Position numbers and translations under genes: made by a program
The notes under the pieces: generated by a model
What the model was told of the DNA's origin: nothing
What the model saw: the letters and a program-made list of their open reading frames with translations, nothing else
The model's database searches: none
In this document: one piece after another, positions 56,480 to 64,000 of the stretch
Position numbering within the stretch: position 1 is the stretch's first letter
Layout of the letters: every line of letters begins with the position of its first letter
Source of the DNA: Batkoa obscura
Lineage: Eukaryota
DNA: 64,000 nt
Direction of reading: 5' to 3'
Assembly (NCBI GenBank): GCA_030770535.1
Contig: JASVEC010000019.1
Span: 62,001 to 126,000 of the forward strand

Positions 56480-58862
56480 CATATCATATCCTTCTTGAAT
56501 TTTGATATATATATGCAGCTATAAATATGCTTATTTTAACATGTGGCCTTTTTTATGTTTACACTCAAATGACATTTTTAAAATTTATTCTTGTTATTAG
56601 TTAAATGGAATGAATTTGTAGCTTTTTATTATCAAAGTCGTATTTTTATATCCCTTAAAAGAACAGTAACATAAATTTTATATCAAGAAAAGAGCTGTAT
56701 ATTTGAACAAATTTACAATCGTGATTATACAATGCGTTTAAATAAAATTGATAAGATTGAAAAAAGATTGAAGAATTTTCAATAGCTCGTATAATCAAAA
56801 AAATTTTATTTGATCTATGTTAAAATTTGCAATATTTGTATATAGATGTTTCTTTTTTTTAAGGATTCCAAATATCGAATATGTTCTTTCTACACGTTTT
56901 AAGTCTATAAATCTCTGCTGTATGATAGTTTAATACTAATGTTATTATATATATAAGTTTCACAAAGCTTTGATTTATTTAAAATAAGTTATTAAACTAT
57001 CTCAAAAATTCTTCTCAAAGCCTATAATAAAAAAAAGTAAGAATTTGGTGTTTATTTATTGTGAGTTAATTGTTTATTTATAAAGAAAAGGCCAAGTATT
57101 TGTACTATTTTTGAGGATATAAAAAGATAGCCGACAGATCATTAGATGAAAAGTTCGAATGTAGCTTATTAATATACTTAGGATTTGGAACAGCTTTTTA
57201 CTCAGATGATAAGGAGAGTTCTAAAAATTTCTAAATTAAGCTAGCCAATAGAACATTAGCTGCAAATAAGGGATAATCCTGATACATTTTGGTTTGAATA
57301 GAATAGTTAAATACCAGAAGCCAACAGCTCTAATGTTATCAAACTAAATAACTAGCCAATTGGTCTCAGAACATCTTTTTATCCCATAATATTTTAAAAG
57401 AATAAAAACCCATACCTTATTGGGCTCAAGATTTAAAAAAAATGTTCAATAGTTTCTTAAATTTTTATTTATCATATCAATACTAAAACTGAATAGTTAA
57501 GAATTTCATCTAAATAAAAGCCACAACGAGGGGTGTATTTAAAGGAAAATAGGTATCCCACGATTAAAGATAGAAGGCAAAATACAATGCATAGGCTATT
57601 TTTACCAATAATAATGTTATTATTGCCATTATTAATAAGTGCAAATAGCAACGAGTTCCAGAAAGTCAAGAATAGTAACAAAGAATTTACAAAATGTAGT
57701 ACGATATTATACGATAAAATACTACTAGTACATAACACAATAATAAGGAAAGATATTTATAATGAAAAAGTAATAAATAGAAAAGAGCCAAGTTTAAACT
57801 ACAGTCACTTTTTAATCAATTTAACATCAACCATTAACTTGAACCAAATTTATCCAAATGCGAATTTAAAGAATAATTATATAGATAGTAACTTTGACAT
57901 TTTTTTTTTCACATATAAGAATAATTTGAATGCTATGGCAACATTAGATAAGTTTCACTCAAATAACAAATTTAATAATACAACCGATAGCCTTTTATCA
58001 TTGTATACAATTAGTTTAAAGAAAAAGCTGTGGATTGTTAAAAATAGCAAGTCTGAGTATCATATAGATAATTATAGTGGTAGTTCAATAACAAGCGTGA
58101 AAGATAGTTTATTTGTCTATGGGGGCTGGCAATTAAACTTAGATACTAACATATCTACAATAGTTAATAATCTCACAGTTTTGAACTTGGACTATACTAA
58201 CTCTTTGCATCCCACAGCTGAAATCGATTCAAGTATGCCTCCTAGCGCTTTTCATACAGCTACTATGATTAACTCTACTACTATGGTTATACTTGGCGGT
58301 TTATCTTATGAAAATTCTGATAGTGAAAAACCGAAAATCGAGATTATTCCAAAAGGCCAAAACTATTCTAAGGAATCAATAATGATGAATTTGAAGCATA
58401 TTCATATGTATAATACGGACTTGAGATTATACAAAAAAATAGAAACAAAGAATTACAATGATAGAATAAGAATAGGACATTCAGCTACTCATTTATATGA
58501 TCTAAATTGTATACTGGTTTATGGAGGTACAGATAAAGTAAATGATTATACTACTTTATATAGCGATATTCAGCTATTGAACTTGACTAATTGGCAATGG
58601 ACAAAAATCGACATTATTGACTTTGATAACGTGATATTTGACATTGGTAGAGCATGGCATTCAAGCGAGCTAATCAATGATAAAGTTGTGTTCTTTTATG
58701 GAGATATCAATAACAGCGATAGTCAATATGATATCATTGCAATTGATTTAAAAACACTTGACCTAGAGAAGGAAACAATCAAATTAAGTAACACAATTGG
58801 ACCAGCATCAAAAAAGGAGAATGAAGATTTCGATCAACTATATACATCAGATGAAGCTATGA
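55217..58862. repeat. 427-bp inverted repeat: 55217-55643 is the reverse complement of 58436-58862
   Basis: No mismatch seen by eye; identical translation from KIETKNYNDR to SDEAM. Confidence 0.9.
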
Positions 58863-59323
58863 ATTATTATGTAGACCCATATAAATTAAAACTAACACAT
58901 TATTTGAATACCTCTGATATTGCTGGAATCATAATCGGAGTAATTTTATTTACTATTATATTGATCACTCTTTGTTATTATTTTACAAATAGATACAAAA
59001 AATGGAAATGGTATAAAAAATGTAATATGCTTGGATCAAACCCACCTTCTACATTTTTATCGTCATTAAATCTATCTTTACCTAATACCAAAAATGGTGA
59101 TGAATATGGGATTTGGGATTTGGACTCTCATTATGCCAATTCAATTCATAGTCTGGAAAATGAATTAAGTCATTTTAATGAACCAGTAATATTATTTCGT
59201 TGCAATAATTCACTTCCTTTGTCTACTAGATCTACTAAAATAAACTCAAGTGAAGAGACAACTGCTTCTAATGTTGATTCCATTACAGATGACACTATTA
59301 TTAATGCAACTAGTGGCTTTTAG
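57533..59323 (+). CDS. Secreted Kelch-repeat single-pass membrane protein (true start probably MHRLF near 57587), intronless
   Basis: Signal peptide; Kelch motifs LFVYGG, FHTA..VILGG, RIGHSA..ILVYGG, RAWHSS; TM IAGIIIGVILFTIILITLCYYF; S/T-rich tail. Confidence 0.85.
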   Translation: MYLKENRYPTIKDRRQNTMHRLFLPIIMLLLPLLISANSNEFQKVKNSNKEFTKCSTILYDKILLVHNTIIRKDIYNEKVINRKEPSLNYSHFLINLTSTINLNQIYPNANLKNNYIDSNFDIFFFTYKNNLNAMATLDKFHSNNKFNNTTDSLLSLYTISLKKKLWIVKNSKSEYHIDNYSGSSITSVKDSLFVYGGWQLNLDTNISTIVNNLTVLNLDYTNSLHPTAEIDSSMPPSAFHTATMINSTTMVILGGLSYENSDSEKPKIEIIPKGQNYSKESIMMNLKHIHMYNTDLRLYKKIETKNYNDRIRIGHSATHLYDLNCILVYGGTDKVNDYTTLYSDIQLLNLTNWQWTKIDIIDFDNVIFDIGRAWHSSELINDKVVFFYGDINNSDSQYDIIAIDLKTLDLEKETIKLSNTIGPASKKENEDFDQLYTSDEAMNYYVDPYKLKLTHYLNTSDIAGIIIGVILFTIILITLCYYFTNRYKKWKWYKKCNMLGSNPPSTFLSSLNLSLPNTKNGDEYGIWDLDSHYANSIHSLENELSHFNEPVILFRCNNSLPLSTRSTKINSSEETTASNVDSITDDTIINATSGF

Positions 59324-59730
59324 CAACTATCATTAGCTACTATTTTATCCTTTATTTTATATAAGTAAATAATTATTTTATTGTTTTCCTTTTTTTTTGA
59401 TTTTTTTGTTTATACACTAATAAGTTCGACTTAAATATTTTAAAATTCTAAAACTTGAATATTGTTTTTTGATAAATTGAAAAAAATAACTATTATTGAT
59501 TTGTTTTTTGAACCACTTTACAGCAATTTTAAACTTAGTATTAATTTCCTTGAAGCATTTTATTTATATATCTACGTTTAACAAATAAACTCGTAAAACA
59601 ATTAATAAATGACTTCTGTTTTATATTTCTATTTTATGAGCATCCACTATAACTAGTGAACTCAAACTTGAAACATTTCTTGTGATAAATTTGCAATTAC
59701 CAACATAATCCCTTTAACATTTCATTAAAC

Positions 59731-59836
59731 TGTTAGGGCTGTATTTTCATGTTTAAGAATTTTGCTAACAATTTTTCCGTCTAAATAGTGCCTTAGAAGA
59801 TGGGAAAAATAACGAAATCAAAAAACACTCCCATTT
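59731..59836 (-). mobile_element. MITE-like element, copy 18
   Basis: AGGGCTGTATTTT..AAACACTCCC-ATTT. Confidence 0.8.
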
Positions 59837-60347
59837 GTAAAAGATAAAAGATAAGAGATAAAAGAATATGCCAGATCGTACCAAGGGCTATTAAGAATAA
59901 TAGCTAATCAAACAATATAAACGATTGAGTATATTCAATAAACGTTCCTTGGGTAAATAATAAAGGTGAGTTTATAATTTTTTTAAAAATGATATTGTTT
60001 CTTGTACTTTTTAAATTCAGATTCAAATCTATATTTCCTAATTTATTTTTTTTGTTATGCTAACTAACTTAGCATTTGCAAACCAAATTAAAGGAATGTA
60101 TAATTGATTATTTTCAAAATACAATTGTTATGATTTGATACTCATAATAATTTTTGATCAAGAGTCAACTTAATGTAAAATCTAAAAGGTGAGGAAGATG
60201 TAATCTTGATCAAAATGATAAAAAACTGTTATAGCTATAATTTAAAAGCAAAGAATATTTTATCATCGAATTGTTGAATTGTCAGAAGGCACATTCTAAT
60301 ATGTATTTGAATTATCTTAATTGAATAAAGGAAGATCTTAATTAATT

Positions 60348-60453
60348 ATATGGGGGTGTTTTTTTGGCTTCATTGTTTTTTCCATCTTTTAAGCGCTATT
60401 TGAGTGGAAAAATTGTTAGTAAGATCCTTAAATCCTCAAATACATCCCCATAT
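60348..60453 (+). mobile_element. MITE-like element, copy 19 (close to consensus)
   Basis: ATAT-GGGGGTGTTTT..TTTTTCCA..AAGCGCT..TGGAAAAA..ATACATCCCC-ATAT. Confidence 0.9.
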
Positions 60454-60599
60454 CCTTGAGCCTACCTTGGGCTAGACATATTCTAATAGCAGTAAGTGTT
60501 ATAGAAGGAAATTTGTCTATTTTGATTATCAAATAAATAAAAACAACATAAGCTATATTCAAATTGATATTAAATATAGCTTTCCCCTTGTTTGAGTTT

Positions 60600-62189
60600 A
60601 TTTTAGTTAATTTATTATTAATAAAACAGTGGTAACATTATGGAAAAGATGTGCTGGATCATAAGTTAACTTGATTCATACTTTAAATTATTGTTGAAGA
60701 ATTGGCCTAATAAGGATTTGGCTCTCAGATACCCTATTTATCTATTTTTTTATTAAAAGGTGATAATTCTATTGAGTCTAAAGGAGGGGAAGGTGGAGTT
60801 AAACTGTTTTGATCTTTTTTTCTTTATAATTACAGTATAACCCGTAAGTGGTAACAAATAATCAAGTCGCTCCAATTAAAATTCTTATAAACTAATCGAT
60901 TTCTGAGTTATTGTTTCCATTGAACATCCTATTTTTAGTATTTTTTTATTAGTATAAGTCCTTGCTTTATACTGAGGAAAAAACACTAAAAATAGACAAG
61001 TTTCCCATTCTTTTTTTTCACTATTGGTTTAATTGTAACTCTTAACTTCATTGCATTTTTTACTAGGTTAAGAGATTCTAAATCAAATGCAATAATCTTA
61101 TATTATCGTTTTTACTACAGTAATTATCATTCCAATAAGATGAAATTGATTTGTCTTCGACTGCTTCAATGTTTTGCCTTATTAATGCTAAAAATATCTT
61201 GATTTAAGCAACAATAACATTTGTATATTTCAAATTGCTCAAGTTTAGCAATTGAATATTATTATAAAAAATCCTATAGCCATCCAATTTGGATGTATCA
61301 CCATAAACTAATACACATTCAAGCCAGATAAGTATTCCGATCAATGCCGTGCTCTTACTAAATCATTACAACCCTTCGCTTCGAATATAATTATCTATGG
61401 AAATAGGATCGAGGATGTATAAAAAAAGAGGTTTACTATTATTTATTTTGTATGACGAATTTGACTTCTTAGATTTTCTCATATAGGTTATTATTAAAAA
61501 GATTGCCTTGAGATACACCACCAGGTATACTTATACCAATAATAAGCTGTAATATATGTATAAAGAGTATTAAAAAGGTTGAATTATTGAAAATATACTT
61601 ATTAGCACATCGGGATATTTATATATATGGAAACTTTAGTTTAACTGATTAGCGCAGAAGTTTTAGCTTCAAATCAAAAAACCAACCTCTATAAAGAAAT
61701 GATGATTCATTAGTTGTACTATTACCAATCTCCCGCTAAAAGTCGTTTCATTTTATGATATTAATTTGGTTTAACCATCAGCTTTTTTGCATCTAAATTA
61801 ACTATAAATGACTGAGAATATTGTTTTAGGTTGTCTTTAACCTTTTTATTTGAATGAAACTTATCTAGTGATATTACAATATTAAAATTTTATTCTCTAC
61901 AACATTCTTTGTTAAACTCTTAATTGAATAAATTCGATTTAGATTTATGGTCAAAGTTGGTTAAAATAGGACTGTTGCTCAGATGCTTCGTTTCAATTTA
62001 CTTCCTCTTTACCATTAATCCTCTCCATTTGATTACATCATGAGCTATAATTTGGTCATATAACGTAGCACTATGCTCTATAAGTTTCTTACTTTCCTTT
62101 TTAATATCTCCAAACTTGCTTTTTATTACATTCGTTGATAAAAATAATAATACGACTGTTCAAATATTTGTTTTATAAATCATATTCAT
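60600..62189 (-). pseudogene. Third, heavily decayed Kelch-TM paralog (3' end approximate)
   Basis: Minus-strand fragments SATLYDQI, TINLNRIYS, LYRGWFF, VLVYGDT, FYNNIQLLNLSN, YKIIAFDLESLNL, TPPSPPLDSIELS are colinear with the intact gene; many stops and frameshifts. Confidence 0.7.
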
Positions 62190-62774
62190 ATTAATAGTAT
62201 TTCTTTGTTCTGTTTTTATTCAAAACAAAATTTTAAATCAAAAATTCAAATGTTATGGCCTTATTACTAGTTAAAAATATATTTATTTATTTATATAAAA
62301 TAATTTTTTTATATTTCAAAAGCGAGTAAGGTAAATAGGGGTACATATTCAAACTAAAGTGAGAATCGAATATTATAATCTAATATTTTTTTAACAAAAT
62401 TAAGATTAGCATAAATCAAGCGAAAAAAATCAAGGTTCATATTGTAAATAGTAAATAGATTAATATATGTTGACCAAAATACTAAACAGTATGATCAATC
62501 AGTAATTGCCTTATACTCAACTTTGAAGCTTTACACCTTAGTATATATCTCGAGTTTATATTAAAGCTAGCCCTTAACGGCTACTTGCTTCTAAAACAGG
62601 TATTTGTAGCCCATAAGTTCTATAGTGATGACTACATCGCATAAAAGTGTTAGCACTACACCAGGATCATTAAGCCACTATATCAATAGCAATGACTCAG
62701 AAACTACCTGATAAATATATTAGCAAATGGATTGCTAAATGAAAGTTTAAAACAATCCTAGGAACCTATCAATC

Positions 62775-62881
62775 ATATGGAGGTATTTTTTTTGACTTCA
62801 TTACTTTTTCCATTTTTTAAGCGCTATTTAAGCGGAAAAAATGTCAGTAAAATTCTTGAACACGAAAATACATCCACGTAT
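62775..62881 (+). mobile_element. MITE-like element, copy 20
   Basis: ATAT-GGAGGTATTTT..AAGCGCTATTT..AATACATCCAC-GTAT. Confidence 0.85.
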
Positions 62882-63565
62882 ATTGATTCTATGACATAAA
62901 TATGCTAATAACGCGCCAAAACGATTAAACTATTATAATAATACTAATGGCTCAGAAGCTACCATATAAATCAATAAGTAATAGGCCGCATATCAAAATT
63001 TTTTACAATAACTAATATAGCAAGTTATAAAAACTGAAAAACTTAAATAATATAGGTAAAGTTCAAAAAAATTGGTTGCTTAATTTTTTCATTTCTTAGC
63101 TATTTAAATTTCATGGTGAAGATTGAGCTAAAATTTACCAAATTAGACAATTTAAGTGATTAGTGTAATTTTGTTTTTTATTTAATGCTTACATATTTCA
63201 CAACAGTAGCAAGTGACTGGATTTTTAGCATCTTGTCATGAAATGTGAGTTTTCATAAAACAGATTTATGCAAAATGCTATAAAAATTAATAACAGTATG
63301 TTAATGTAATTTATGAATAAAGAAAAAATAGAGAATATAAAAACATCATTTTTAACTGACTTATATATTAATTTTGAATCTTGTTATCTTTAAATTACCC
63401 CCAATATTACATTTACTAGAAAAATAACCAAATCGTTTTGCAAATATCACAATCTAGTTTGATTTAATAAAATAAAATTAAACATTTATTTCTAAAATTA
63501 ATTTATTTTCAAAATCCAATCCTTCAATTTTATTTTTCGAACTTTGATAAACCTCACTCAAAAAA

Positions 63566-64000
63566 ATGCGAGACTTACCAGGCTTTTATTTCGACCCTGA
63601 AAGGAACCGATATTTCAAAATAACTCAAGGTGGCCCAACAAACATCTCAACAGCATCATCCTCAACTACTCGACAGTATCCTCAGTACACTGTCAATTCC
63701 ATCAAAAACTCAAAAAAAGCAAACAAAAAACAAAAGCTTGACATACTTCTTAGTAGAAAAAGACAACTAATTATAAAAGATAAATTGAATATACCATTTA
63801 ACAATGTATCTGGACTACAAGGTATACTTTGGGGTAGGAGGAAGATGGATGTTAAGATTAATGCAATAGGATTTAATGAACTGTTTTTGAAGCCTCAAAT
63901 GGGCTCGATGTTCAAAAAGAAAGTTAGTTTTCATGGGAATAATTTAGAAGCAAAATGTAGTTTGGTAACGATAAGATAGATTCACTATTTAAATACCTTG
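63566..64000 (+). CDS. 5' part of a DCAF4/WDR21-like WD40 protein; probably spliced near 63965 and continuing past the window
   Basis: N-terminal DLPGFYFDPERNRYFKI motif is typical of this family; GTAACG donor before the ORF stop. Confidence 0.65.

Overview
AT-rich eukaryotic DNA with many short GT-AG introns (about 40-90 nt). The gene set is fungal, most likely an early-diverging lineage (inference). About 20 protein-coding genes are supported: ACMSD, an HSP20-like gene, LAMTOR5, two PPR genes, VMA7, eIF5, YAK1, BUD31, CCT2, HSP70, DCAF7-like, synaptojanin, two secreted Kex2-type precursors, ABZ1, STE14, SYO1/HEATR3, LNP1, TGS1, a type II NADH dehydrogenase, a Kelch membrane protein and a DCAF4-like gene. 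Several of these are missed or fragmented by the ORF track. Three structures stand out. (1) Twenty copies of a ~100-bp fold-back MITE-like element with GGGGATGT..ACATCCCC termini and 4-bp AWWT flanks, including two pairs sharing one ATAT. (2) Two tandem secreted precursors whose DNA identity begins at the dibasic RR site and which would release the same 81-aa G/F/N-rich peptide. (3) A three-member Kelch-TM cluster in which the intact gene and a head-to-head pseudogene share a 427-bp inverted block that appears perfect, so the segment between them could invert. All calls were made by eye from motifs and alignments; no searches were run.
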